DNA of 64,000 bases from assembly GCF_044704955.1 (NCBI RefSeq), contig NW_027254113.1, positions 1 through 64,000 of the forward strand, in the 5' to 3' direction. The DNA comes from Pristiophorus japonicus. Lineage: Eukaryota. Both the position numbers and the translations under genes were made by a program. The notes below the pieces were generated by a model. That model did not search any database. It had not been told where the DNA came from and saw only the letters and a list, made by a program, of their open reading frames with translations. This document shows positions 48,888 through 61,832 of the stretch, in pieces (within the stretch, counting starts at the first letter, position 1; each line of letters begins with the position of its first letter).

Positions 48888-51800
48888 GTCCCTGCAAGCC
48901 ATTTGGGACCCCGGCCATAGTTTAGCACAAACACTTTGTCCCCTATTTCATTCCACCTCCCCTTCGAATTTCGGTCATGGTACTCAGTTACCTTTTGCCG
49001 CATAGCCTCAATAATTTCATGCATGTCTGGGAGCTCTTTAAGGTTCGTTTCATCAATAGTTGCATGGGGGGAACCCCAGTCAACGAATGCGGACAAGATC
49101 TGTATGCCAGCAGCAGTTGTGACAGGCGGCTCTACAGCGTGGGAACTTGGATTATGAGCATGCCTTGTTTAATGATCTGCACTGCACGCTCTGCCTGGCC
49201 ATTGGAGGCCGGCTTGAAAGGTGCCGTCGTGAAAGGTGCCGTCGTAACGTGATTTATACCGTGGTCAACTATAAAATTGTGAAATTCTGCGCTAGTGAAG
49301 CACGAACCATTATCACTGACCAATATATCAGGAATGCCGTGCGTTGCAAACATGGTTCTAAGGCTCTCCACAGTGGTGGAGGTGGTGCTCGATTTTAAAA
49401 TGGTGCACTCGATCCATTTTGAAAATGTATCAACGACTGCAAGGAACATTTTGCCCATGAATGGGCCTGTATACTCTACATGTACCCGCGACCACAGTTT
49501 GGTGGGCCAGGGGCTTAGGGGGGCCTTCCTGGGAGCATTACTAAGTTGGGCACAAATGGAGCACCGACGGACGCAGAGCTCCAAGTCCGCATCAATGCCA
49601 GGCCACCAGACATGAGATCTGGCTTTGGCCTTCATAAGGACGATCCCCGGGTGCTCGCGATGGAGCTCCTGGACAAACGCCTCCCTGCCTCATAAAGGCA
49701 TAACTACTCGGCTGCTCCACATCAGGCAGTCTGCCTCTAGTGAGAGTTCATGCATGCGCCTACGGAAGTGTTTGACCACCTCGGGGCAGGCATCGTGAGC
49801 CTCTGCCCAGTCATCGGTTAAAATGCATCTTTTAACTAGAGATAACGTGGGGTCGCTGGTCGTGCAGGCTCTGATTTGGCGAGCCGTAATGGGCGAACCT
49901 GTGGATTCAAAGGCATTGATTGACATGACCATCTCACAGTCCTGTTTGTCGTACCCTTCTGTGGTCGCCGGGGTAGCCTGCTAACCATGTCGGCACAGTT
50001 GTCTGTGCCTGGTCTGTGCCTTATCGTGTAGTCGTAAGCCACTGAATGCGCCCCGAGGTGTTGCCGTTGATCGCCTTGCACTCGGATAGTAGGGACGTGA
50101 GAGGTTTGTGGTCAGTTTCTAATGCAAACTTTGCCTCGGAAAGGTATTGGTGCATCTTTTTGACACCGTACATGTACGCGGGCGCCTCCTTCTCAACCAT
50201 ACCGTACGTGCACTCCGCCCGCGAAAATGACCTGGAGGCATAAGCAGCGCGCTGCAATTTACCCACATCATTGACATGCTGTAAAACGCACCCGACCCCG
50301 TGTGCTGATGCATCACACGTAAGGACTAACTTTTTACATGTGTCAAAAAAGGCTAAAACACTCTTGGAACATAGACAGTTGCGTGCCTTATTGAAGCGTC
50401 TTGGGCGTCTCCGCAAAACCAATTGCACCCCTTTCTGAGTTGCACATGGAGAGGCTCCAGCAGCGTGCTCAATTTCTGCATAAAGTTCCCAAAGTAATTG
50501 AGTAGCCCGAGAAAGGCACGCAGTTTCGAGACATTCCGGGGCCTGGGTGCCAGGCGAATCGCTTCGGTTTTGGATTCGGTTGGGCAGATTCCATCAGCGG
50601 CAATCCTTCTGCCCAAAAATTCAACCTCAGGCGTGAAAAACAGACACTTGGATTTCTTAACTCTTAGGCCTACCCGATCCAATCGAGTTAGTACTTCCTC
50701 AAAATTGCGGAGGTGAGGGTAGGTGTCCCTGGTCGTGATGAGTATGTAATCTTGAAACACAACCATCCCCGGGATGGACTTGAGCAGACTTTCCATGTTG
50801 CACTGGAATATAGCAGCTGCCGACCTGATGTCGAAGGAGCATCGATTGCACACAAAAAGGCCTCGATGTGTGTTGATGGTGGTGAGTAGCTTAGACTCTT
50901 CCGTCAGTTCTTGCGTCATATAAGCAGATGTGAGGTCAAGTTTCGAAAAAAGTTTTCCTCCAGCCAACGTGGCAAATAGGTCCTCCGCTCTGGGCAGCGG
51001 GTATTGGTCCTGTAGGGAGACTCTGTTTATGGCAGACTTGTAATCCCCACAGATTCGCACGGATCCATCAGGCTTCATGATGGGGATGATGGGGCTTGCC
51101 CAGTCACTGAATTCCACGGGGGAAATTATGCCTTCCCGCAGAAGCCGGTCCAGTTCTTTTTCAATCTTTTCCCTCATCACATAAGGCACAGCTCTAGCCT
51201 TGTGATGGACCGGTCTGGCATTCTGTGTGATGTAGAATCTAACTTTAGCCCCTTTGAAGGTGCCCACACCTGGCTGAAAGAGATGTTCAAAACGGCTTAG
51301 AACTGTTGAGCAGGAGGTCCATTCCTCTGACGACATGGCGTGAACATCATCCCATTTTCAATTAAGTTCTGCTAGCCAACTTCTCCCCAACAGGTCTGGG
51401 AGATCCCCGGGGACAATCCACAGGGAAAGTTGGTGCACCATCCCTTTGTGTGTGACTGAGAGCCTGGCGCTGCCAAGGACTGGGACGATTTCTTTAGTAT
51501 AGGTCCTTAGTTTGGTGTCGATCTTTGTGAGTTTTGGTCTGTTACTTTTGTGCAGCCACAGCTGTTCAAATTGTTGAACGCTTATGAGGGATTGACTGGC
51601 CCCCGTGTCCAGTTCCATGTTGATGGGTATCCCGTTGAGTAGAACCCTCATCATAATTGGAGGCGTCTTGGTGTAAGAACAGTGGACGTTGATCATGTTA
51701 ACCCCCTGTACCTCGGCGTCCCGTGCACTGTTCCAACCGTTTTCTGGTCCGCTTTCCGACGTTTCCGATTCGTATACAAGCCGAGCTGCTGTTTTTCTGC

Positions 51801-52688
51801 ACATGCGAGACAGATGCCCTGTGTAGTTGCAGTTTCTGCAAACGGCATGCTGAAATCGACACCCCCTGGTTGAGTGCCTGCCCCCACATCTCCAACACAG
51901 ACCGTTTCCATTGTTTCTGAAGGATGAGCTGCATCTGGCTGATCTCCCTTGAGCTTCTCTCAATCTGTTGTTGATTGCTCGCATTGTGGGTTGATGAGGT
52001 GTGATTGGCCGTTCATGTGGCCCTTGATTTTGATGGCTTCTGGCGCCACTGTCTGCTGTTGAAAGCCTGCTCTCCTGCCTTTGTCTGTATGTGGGGGTAG
52101 CGATTTGTTTCACAATTTGAACCCCTTGTTCTGATGCCTCATTGGTTGTCGTACCTGAATTATAGATCAGCCTCCTTTCTTCTTCGCCTGCCAAGAACGT
52201 CTGTGCGACCAGTGCTGCTGCCTCTAGAGTCAAGTTATTAGTCTCTATAAACTTTTGGAATATGCCTGCGTGGCCTATTCCTTCAATAAATAAGTCTCTC
52301 AGTACTTCTCTCCTTAGTTTATCGGGGAACTCACATGAATTAGCCAGCCTCTGAAGTTCCGCCACAAAGTCGGGTATTCTTTGGCGCACACAGCGTCTGT
52401 ATTTGTAGAACCTATGTCTGGCCATGTGTAGGCTGCTCGCTGGCTTCAGATGGTCTCTCACCAGTGTGCTCAACTCCTCAAACGACTTGCTTGCCGGTTT
52501 CTCGGGTGCAGGTCTTTTATTAAAGCGCATGTTTTCGAGCCACAGCTGGTCAAGAGATGGGCTCTTCTCTTGTATGCCTTATCGTCGCCCAACCAGTCTT
52601 TGGTCACAAAGCTTTGCTGGAGCCTTTCTATAAAGTCATCCCAATTGTCTCCAGCATTGTATTTCTCATTTGAGCTGTTGGTAGCCAT
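48888..52688 (-). pseudogene. Gypsy gag-pol, frameshifted
   Basis: Two zinc knuckles (CWRCGGRH..C, CRNCNYTGH..C), protease LDTGA, RT RICGDYK/KLDL/FQDY, RNase H CDAS..GVG/ETDHKPL, integrase WWPG/VSDNG/SNGQAER; integrase tail continues at 47452-47772. Confidence 0.92.
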
Positions 52689-52723
52689 TCTGTGGATTCT
52701 GTGATCCTGTAACTCATCGCCAC

Positions 52724-52990
52724 TGTTAAGTCCTGACTCTAATGTACTGACTTACACGAGACACAGGCTGAAGTCAAGGTCACTCAGGACCTGCACCTTT
52801 AATTCCAGCTCTCCAGTGCTGCACTTGCCTGAGACCTCCCTTTATATACCACAGTGGGACAGGTATGGAGTGTCTCCTGCAAGTGCACTCCTGGTTGTAA
52901 GGTATGCTTTTTGTTACCGGTCATATCCAATTACTGTCATGTATAGCATGGTAAGATACAGCTATATACAGTAATGTGAGATACATGACA
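52724..52990 (-). repeat. 5' LTR
   Basis: TG...CA termini; followed on the minus strand by a PBS (52713-52722) similar to the complement of the tRNA-Ser(GCT) 3' end. Confidence 0.93.
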
Positions 52991-55030
52991 CTAACCAAGT
53001 ATTTTTCATGCTCTGTCTTAACATTCCTAATATCCTTTTTAATTTTACCTCTTAATTTTCTATATTCCGCCAAAGATTCGACAGTATTTAGCCATTGGTG
53101 TATGACATAAGCTTCCCGTTTTTTCTTTACCCTCGCCTGTAAGTCCCTAGACATCCAGCGGGTTCTAGAATTGTTATTCCACCCTTTTTCTTTAAAGTCA
53201 CATGTTTGGCCTGAGTCTTCCAGACCTCCTCCTTGAATGTTTCCAACTGTTCCGACACTGATTTACCTACAAGTAGCAGTTTCCAGTCCACTGTGGCCAA
53301 ATCACTCCTCAACTTAGCTTTTCCCCAATTTGGGACATTTATTCGAGGCCTATCCTTGTCCTTATCCATAACTAACTTGAATCTGACTGAATTATGGTCA
53401 CTGGCACCCAAGTGCTCTCCCACGAATACACCTTCAACCTGCCCAGCTTCATTCCCCAAAACTAAATCCAAAACCGCCCCTCTCGTGTTGGGCTTGTTAC
53501 ATACTGACTAAAAACGTTCTCTTGAATGCAGTTGAAGAATTCCGTACCCTCTATACCCTTCGCACTATATTTGTCCCAATTAATATTAGGATAGTTAAAA
53601 TCCCCTACTATTAGTGCCCTAAGGTTTTTGGACTTCACAGCAATTTGCCGATATATTTGTTCCTCTATCTCCCTCTATCTCCCTCCCACTGTTTGAGGGT
53701 CTATAATACACGGCCAGCAGTGTGATCACCCATTTTTTATTTTTAAATTCGATCCATGTGGCCTCATTTGATGATCTCTCTTAACTATCCCTCCTCACCG
53801 CTGTAATAAATTCTTTAATCGATACCGCGAAATTCTTTTTACCCCCCTCTCTCTCTTGTCTAAAAATCCTGTAACCAGGAGTATTGATCTGCCAAATCTG
53901 CCCCTCTTTCAGCCATGCCTCTGTAATGGCTATAATATAATCCTCCCAAGTATCTACCTGTACTCTTTGCTCATCTGCCTTACTCGCTATACTCCTTGCA
54001 TTAAAGTATATACCATTTAGCACAGGAAGCCCTCCTTGATTGCTACTTACTAACCCTTGTTTCCTCTGTTTTACAGATTCGATTTCTAAATTCTTGCTAT
54101 CCAATTTCTGCTTTACTTCCTTCCCTATTGAATGTTTTCTCAGGTTCCAATCCCCCTGCCAAGCTAGTTTAAACTCTCCCCAACAGCACTAGCAAAGCTC
54201 CCTGCGAGGATATTGGTCCCGGCACTGTTGAGGTGCAACCCGTCCTGTTTGTACAGGTCCCATCTCCCCCAGAAAAGGTCCCAATCCCTCAGTAATTTAA
54301 AGTCCTCCCTCCGACACCAATCCTTCAGCCACGCGTTCATTCTCTCGCTCCTTCTATTCTTGTGCTCATTAGCACGTGGCACTGGTAGTAATCCAGAGAT
54401 TACTACCTTTGAGGTCCTACTCATTAATTTTCTTCCTAGCTCCCCAAATTCTGCCTGTAGGACCTCATCCCTGTTTCTACTTATGGTGCTGGTGCTGATA
54501 TGGACCATGACCTCTAGCTGTTTACCCTCTTTCCCTCCCCCAGAATTCCCTGCGTCTGCTCTGTCACATCCCTGACCCTGGCACCACGGAGGCACCATAC
54601 CATTCTGGAGTCACGTCTGCGGCCACAGAAACGCCTCTCTGCTCCCCTAACTATAGAATCCCCAATCACGACAGCTCTTTTATTCTTCGTGTTTCTCCCC
54701 TGTGCAGCTGAGCCACCCATGGTGCCTTGGAATTGGCTCGAGCTGCACACCCCAGAGGCACCATTGCCCTCACCGATGCTCAGAAGTGAATATCGGTTTG
54801 AAAGAGAGGTGGACTCACGGGGGCACTCCTGCACTACCTGCCAAGCGTTCTTACTCTGTCTGGTGGTCACCCACTTCCCCGCTGCCTGCACGCTTTTAAT
54901 CTGTGGGGTGACCATCTCCTAAAAGGTGCTATCCACGGAGCTCTCAGCCTCGCGGATGCACCGTATTGAGTCCAGCCGCCGCTCATGCTCCGAAACATGG
55001 AGCTCGAGTAGTTGAAGCTGGAGACTCCTC
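52991..55030 (-). mobile_element. CR1 LINE 5' part (ORF1 SGNH-esterase-like plus ORF2 endonuclease)
   Basis: VIGDSIVRG, VVISGLLP and DGLHLN (ORF1); YFNARSI, IAITEAW and GASDHN (endonuclease). Confidence 0.9.
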
Positions 55031-55033
55031 CTA

Positions 55034-55305
55034 CACAGTCACTGACACCAATTTCATCCTGTCTGATAATAAAACCACCCCACAGTAACTGACACCAATC
55101 CCCTGCTGTCTGATATGAACCCACCCCACAGTTACTGACACCAATCCCCTCCTGTCTGATATAAACCCACCACACAGTCACTGACACCAATCCCCTCCTG
55201 TCTGAAATAAACCAAATCCACAGTCACTGACACCAATCCCCTCCTGTCTGAAATAAACCCACCCCACAGTAACTGACACCAATCCCCTCCTGTCTGATAT
55301 AAACC
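55034..55305. repeat. About 47-bp tandem repeat x6
   Basis: CACAGT(C/A)ACTGACACCAATCCCCTCCTGTCTGA(T/A)ATAAACCCACC units. Confidence 0.9.
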
Positions 55306-55496
55306 ATCATCATCAAAGGCAGTCCCTTGGAGTCGAGGATGACTTGCTTCCACATTACAAATGAGGTCTCAGATATCTGTTAAGTCCAATGTGGGAGCTA
55401 CAGTCTCTGTCGCAGGTTGGACAGACGGTGGTTGAAAGTACGTTGGTTGAAGTGCCGGTTTGTTGAAGTGCTTGGGTTGTCGTGTGCTCCTTCCGC
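55306..55496 (-). mobile_element. RTE-clade LINE 3' end
   Basis: Similar to 28466-28640 (CATCAT..GGCAGTCCCT...GA.GACT..CTTCCAC). Confidence 0.65.
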
Positions 55497-57950
55497 TGGG
55501 ACCAATGACACAGGTTGAAAGAGGGGTGAGGTCCTGCAGGCAGAGTTTACAGAGCCAGGGGAGAGATTAAAAAGCAGGACCTCAAAGCTAGTAATCTCTG
55601 GATTACTCCCGATGTCACGAGCGAGTGAGTACAGAAATGGCAGGATAGAGCAGATGAATACGTGGCTGGAGAGATGGTGCAGGCGGGAGGGCGTTAGTTT
55701 CCTGAGGCATTGGGACAGCTTCTGGGGGAGGTGGGACCGGTACAAGCTGGACGGGTTGCATCTCAACAGAGCCGGGACCAATATCCTTGCGGGGGCAGGG
55801 GTTGCTAGTGCTGTTGGGGAGAGTTAAAACTAGCCTGCCAGGGGGATGGGAACCTGAGAATAGATTCAGTAGGGAGGGGAGTAAAGCTGGAATTAGAAAG
55901 CAAAATTAAAGAAAGTGAGTTTGAAGGAGAGAGGAAACAAGTGGGGAAAAAAGGGGGAAAAAACAATCTTAAAGGCACTTTGTCTAAATGCACGGAGCAT
56001 TTGCAACAAAATAGATGGGTTGACGGCACAAATAAATACAAATGGGTATGATCTAATATCTATTACAGAGACATGGTTGCAAGGTGACCAGGTCTGGGAA
56101 TTAAATATTCAGGGGTACTTGACAATCCAGAAGGACAGACAGAAAGGAAAAGGAGGTGGGGCAGCTCTATTGATAAAGGATGGAATAATGAGAAACAATA
56201 TTGGCTCAAATGATAAGGATGTTGAAACAGTTTGGGTGGAGATAAGGAATAATAAAGGGAAAAAGTCACTGGTGGGCGTAGTCTATAGGTCGCTTAACAG
56301 TAGCAACTGTGTTGGTTGGAGTATAAACCAGGAAATAGTGGGGGCTTGTAAAAAGGGAACAGCAATAAGCATGGGTGATTTTAACTTCCATATTGATTGG
56401 ACAAATCAAATTGGTCAGGGTAGCCTTGAGGAAGAGTTCATAGAGTGCATAAGAGATGGGTTATTTCAGCAGTGTGTAATGGAACCAACCAGGGGGCAGG
56501 CTATCTTAGATCTGGTCCTGTTTAATGAGACAGGATTAATAAACAATCTCCTCGTAAAGGATCCCTTGGAATGAGTGATCAGAGCATGATCTGAATTTCA
56601 AATTCAGATGGTGGGTGAGAAAGTTGGATCTATAACCAGCGTACTAATCTTAAATAAAGGAGACTATGTAGGTATGAGGGCAGAGTTGGCTAAAGTGGGC
56701 TGGGAAAATAGATTAAAGTGTCGGATGTTTGATGAACAGTGGCGTACATTTAAGGAGATATTGCACAACTCTCAAGAAAAATACATTCCAGTGAGGAGAA
56801 AAAAGTGTAAAAGAAAAGATATCCATCCGCGGCTAACTAAAGAAATAAAGGACGGTATCCAATTAAAAGGGCATACAAAGTGGCCAAAACTAGTGGGAGG
56901 ACAGAAGATTGGGAACCTTTTAAAAGCCAGCAAAGAATGTATAACAAATTTAAGAAAGGGAAGATAGACTATGAAAGTAAACTAGCACGAAATATAAAAA
57001 CAGATAGCAAGAGTTTCGAAAGGTACATAAAAAGGAAAAGAGTGGCTAAAGTAAATGTTGGTCCCTTGGAGGACGAGACCGTGTAATTAGTAATGGGGAA
57101 CATGGAGATGGCAGAAACTCTGAACAGATATTTTGTATCGGTCTTTACGGTAGAGGACACAAACAATATTCCAACAGCGGATAGTCAAGGGGCTATAGCG
57201 GGGGAGGAACTTAACACAATCACAATCACTAAGAAGGTGGTGTTCATTATGATAATGGGACTAAAGGCGGATAAATCCCCTGACCTGATGGCTTGCATCC
57301 TAGGGTCTTAAGAGAAGTAATGGTAGGGATAGTGGATGCATTGGTTGTAATTTACCAACATTCCCTGGATTCTGGGGAGGTCGCAGCAGATTGGAAAACT
57401 GCAAATGTAACCCTTCTATTCAAAAAAGGAGGCAGACAAAAAGCCGGAAACTATAGACCAGTTAGCCTAACATTTCTGTTTGGGAAAATGTTGGAGTCTA
57501 TCATTAAAGAAGTAGTCGCAGGACATTTGGAAAAGCACAATTCAGTCAGGCAGTCACCATGGATTTATGAAGGGGAAGTCATGTTTGACAAATTTGTTGG
57601 AATTCTTGGAGGATGTAACAAACAGGGTGGATAAAGGGGAACCAGTGGATGTGATGTATTTGGTCTTCCAGAAGGCATTTGACAAGATGCCACATAAAAG
57701 GTTACGCACAAGATAAAGTATCACGGGGTTGGGGGTAATATATTAGCATGGATAGAGGATTGGCTAACTAACAGAAAACAGAGTCAGGATAAATAGTTCA
57801 TTCTCGGGTTGGCAATCTGTAACTAGTGGGGTGTCGCAGGGATCAGTGCTGGGACCCCTACTATTTACAATCTATTTTAACGATGTGGAAGCAAGGATCG
57901 AGTGTAACATGGCCACATTTGCTGACGATACAAAGATGGGAGGAAAAGCA
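55497..57950 (+). mobile_element. CR1 LINE (ORF1 end, endonuclease, RT), 5' part of host
   Basis: DGLHLN, LNARSI, ITETW, MGDFN and GNYRPVSLT motifs; continues at 60721. Confidence 0.9.
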
Positions 57951-60720
57951 ATATAGAAACATAGAAACATAGAAACATAGAAAATAGATGGAGGAGTAGG
58001 CAATTCGGCCCTTCTAGACTGCACCCCATGCAATGAGTTCATGCCTGAACATGCAACTTCAGTACCCCATTCCTGCTTTCTGAATATACCCCTTGATTCC
58101 CCTAGTAGTAAGGACTTCATCTAACTCCTTTTTGAATATATTTAGTGAATTGGCCTCAACAACTTTCTGTGGTAGAGAATTCCACAGGTTCACCACTCTC
58201 TGGGTGAAGAAATTCCACCTCATCTCGGTCCTAAATGGCTTCCCCCTTATCCTGAGACTGTGTCCCCTGGTTCTGGACTTCCCCAACATTGGGAACATTC
58301 TTCCTGCATCTAACCTGTCTAACCCCGTCAGAATTTTAAACATTTCTATGAGTCCCTTTCATTCTTCTGAACTCCAGTGAATACAAGCCCAGTTGATCCA
58401 ATCTTTCTTGATAGGTCAGTCCCGCCATTCCGGGAATCAGTCTGGTGAACCTTCGCTGCACTCCCTCAATAGCAAGAATGTCCTTCCTGAGGTTAGGAGA
58501 CCAAAACTGTACACAATACTCCAGGTGTGGGCTCATCAAGGCCCTGTACAATTGTAGCAACACCTCCCTGCCCCTGTACTCAAATCCCCTCGCTACGAAG
58601 GCCAACGTATCATTAGCTTTCTTAACCGCCTGCTGTAACTGCATGCCAACCTTCAATGCCTGATGTACCATGACACCCAGGTCTCTTTGCACCTCCCCTT
58701 TTCCTAATCTGTCACCATTCAGGTAATAGTCTGTCTCTCTGTTTTTACCACCAAAGTGGATAACCTCACATTTATCCACATTATACTTCATCTGCCATGC
58801 ATTTGCCCAGGCACCTAACCTATCCAAGTCGCTCTGCAGCCTCATAGCATCCTCCTCGCAGCTCACACTGCCACCCAACTTAGTGTCATCCGCAAATTTT
58901 GAGATACTACATTTAATCCCCTCAACTAAATCATTAATGTACAGTGTAAACAGCTGGGGCCCCAGCACAGAACCTTGCGGAACCCCATTAGTCAGTGCCT
59001 GCCTTTCTGAAAAGTGCCCATTTACTCCTACTCTTTGCTTCCTGTCTGACATCCAGTTCTAAATCAATGTCAGCACACTACACCCAATCCCATGTGCTTT
59101 AACTTTGCACATTAATCTCTTGTGTGGGACCTTGTCGAAAGCCTTCTGAAAGTCCAAATATACCACATCAACTGGTTCTCCCTTGTCCACTCCACTGGAA
59201 ACATCCTCAAAAAATTCCAGATGATTTGCCAAGCATGATTTCCCTTTTACAAATCCATGCTGACTTGGACCTATCATATTACCTCTTTCCAAATGCACTG
59301 CTATGATATCCTTAATAATTGATTCCATCATTTTACCCACTACCGATGTCAGGCTGACCGGTCTATAATTCCCTGTTTTCTCTCTCCCTCCTTTTTTAAA
59401 AAGTGGGGTTACATTGGATACCCTCCACTCCATAGGAACTGATCCAGAGTCAATGGAATGTTGGAAAATGACTGTCAATGCCTCCGCTATTTCCAAGGCC
59501 ACCTCCTTAAGTACTCTGGAATGCAGTCCATCAGGCCCTGGGGATTTATCGGCCTTCAATCCCATCAATTTTCCCAACACAATTTCCCGACTAATAAGGA
59601 TTTCCCTCAGTTCCTCATCCTTACAAGACCCTCCGAACGCTTCTATATCCGGAAGGTTGTTTGTGTCCTCCTCAGTGAATACCGAACCAAAGTACTTGTT
59701 CAATTGGCCTGCCATTTCTTTGTTCCCCGTTATGTCTTCCCCTGATTCTGACTGCAGGGGACCTACATTTGTCTTTACTAACCTTTTTCTCTTTACATAT
59801 CTATAGAAACTTTTGCAATCCGTTTAATGTTCCCTGCAAGCTTCTTCTCGTATTCCATTTTCCCTGCCCTAATCAAACCCTTTGTCCTCCTCTGCTGAGT
59901 TCTAAATTTCTCCCAGTCCCCGGGTTCGCTGCTATTTCTGGACAATTTGTAAGCCACTTCCTTGGCTTTAATGCTATCCCTGATTTCGCTTGATAGCCAC
60001 GGTTGAGACACCTTCCCTTTTTAATTTTTACGCCAGACAGGAATGTACAATTATTGTAGTTCATCCATGTGGTCTCTAAATGTCTGCCATTGCCCATCCA
60101 CAGTCAACCCCTTTAGTATCATTCGTCAATCTATCCTAGCCAATTCACTCCTCATACCTTCAAAATTACCCTTCTTTAAGTTCTGGACCAAGGTCTCTGA
60201 ATTAACTGTTTCATTCTCCATCCTAATGCAGAATTGCACCATATTATGGTCACTCTTCCCCAAGGGGCCTCGCACAACGAGATTGCTAATTAATCCTCTC
60301 TCATTACACAACACCCAGTCTAAGATGGCCTCCCCGCTAGTTGGTTCCTCGACATTATAGTCTAAAAAACCATCCCTTATGCACTCCAGGAAATCCTCCT
60401 CCACCGTATTGCTTCCAGTTTGGTTAACCCAATCGATGTGCTAATTAAAGTCACCCATTATAACTGCTGCACCTTTATTGCACGCACCCCTAATTTCATG
60501 TTTGATGCCCTCCCCAACATCACTACTACTGTTTGGAGGTCTGTACACAACTCGCACTAACGTTTTTTGCCCTTTGGTATTCTGCAGCTCTACCCATATA
60601 GATTCCACATCATCCAAGCTGATGTCCTTCCGAACTATTGCCTTAATTTGCTCCGTAACCAGCAATGCTACTCCGCCTCCTTTTCCTTTTATTCTATTTT
60701 CCTGAATGTTGAATACCCCT
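57951..60720 (-). mobile_element. CR1 LINE nested in opposite orientation (endonuclease through 3' tail)
   Basis: (ATAGAAAC)n tail; [25 protein letters not shown] and MGDFN motifs. Confidence 0.93.
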
Positions 60721-61368
60721 GTGAGGAGGACACAAAAAATCTTCAAAAGGACATACAGACTAAATTAGCGTGCAAACATTTGGTAGATGGAGTATAATGT
60801 TGGAAAGTGTGAGGTCATGTGCTTTGGCAGAAAAATTCAAAGAGCAAGTTATTAACTAAATGGAGAAAAATTGCAAAGTTCTGCAGTACAGCGGGACCTG
60901 GAGGTACTTGTGCATGAAACACAAAAGGTGTGTATGCAGGTACAGCAAGTGCTCAGGAAGGCCAATTAAATCTTGGCCTTCATTGCAAAGAGGTTGGAGT
61001 ATAAAAGCAGGGAAGTCTTGCTACAGTTATACAGGATATTGGTGTGGGCACACCTGAAATATTGCGTACGGTTTTGGTTTCCATATTTACGAAAGGATAT
61101 TCTTGCTTTGGTGGCAGTTTCTTCTCGGAGGGTTGTAAATCTGTGGAATTCGCTGCCTCAGAGAGCTGTGGAAGCTGGGTCATTGAATAAATTTAAGACA
61201 GAGATAGACAGTTTATTAACCAATAAGGGAATAAGGGTTTATGGGGAGAGGGCAGCGAAGTGGTCCTGAGTTCATGATCGGATCAGCCATGATCGTGTTG
61301 GGTTATGAAGCAGGCTCCAGTATGGCCTACTCCTGCTCCTATTTCTTATGTTCATTTGTTCTTATGTT
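60721..61368 (+). mobile_element. CR1 host, 3' part
   Basis: GTGAGGAGGACAC resumes after GGAAAAGCAAT; CR1 tail. Confidence 0.87.
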
Positions 61369-61384
61369 CGACACTGTCTCATCA

Positions 61385-61455
61385 GACACTTCCAGGGCAG
61401 GTACAGCAAGGGTTAGATATAGAGTAAAGCTCCCTCTACAATGTCCCATCAAACG
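61385..61455 (-). repeat. Single unit of the 65-bp shark repeat
   Basis: Reverse complement of the 25540-25870 unit. Confidence 0.75.
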
Positions 61456-61832
61456 CTAAACCTTGCCCATAATGAGCAGGGCTCAGGGAGGTTGGTTGCT
61501 AGGTACTGCAGTGATGTCATTAAGCTAGTTTGAACAGCTAATAGTTATTCCAAACTAACTTAGGCCAGCGTATCTGGCCACACAGAAAAACCTTGTGGGG
61601 AGTTGAGAAAGCATCAAGCACTAAACAAAGCAGTACATTTAAAGCACCAAGCACTAAACAAAGCACAAAAATAAACATTCAATAACAAATAAAAAATACA
61701 AGGAAGCTGAGATGACCTGCACCTAGCACCAAGATTTACAAAGCACGAAACAAAGCACAAAAAGTAATGAGCAATTAATTAACAAATAAAAAATAGAAGG
61801 AATCCTGCATCTAAAGCACCGAGACCAAAATA

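Larger units (their letters stand above)
47159..52990 (-). mobile_element. Full-length Ty3/Gypsy (Mag-like) LTR retrotransposon, degenerate
   Basis: Two about 267-bp TG...CA LTRs; TSD CTAAC (47154-47158, 52991-52995); PBS TGGCGATGAG; PPT GGGGGAGGGTGA; gag-PR-RT-RH-IN order. Confidence 0.95.
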
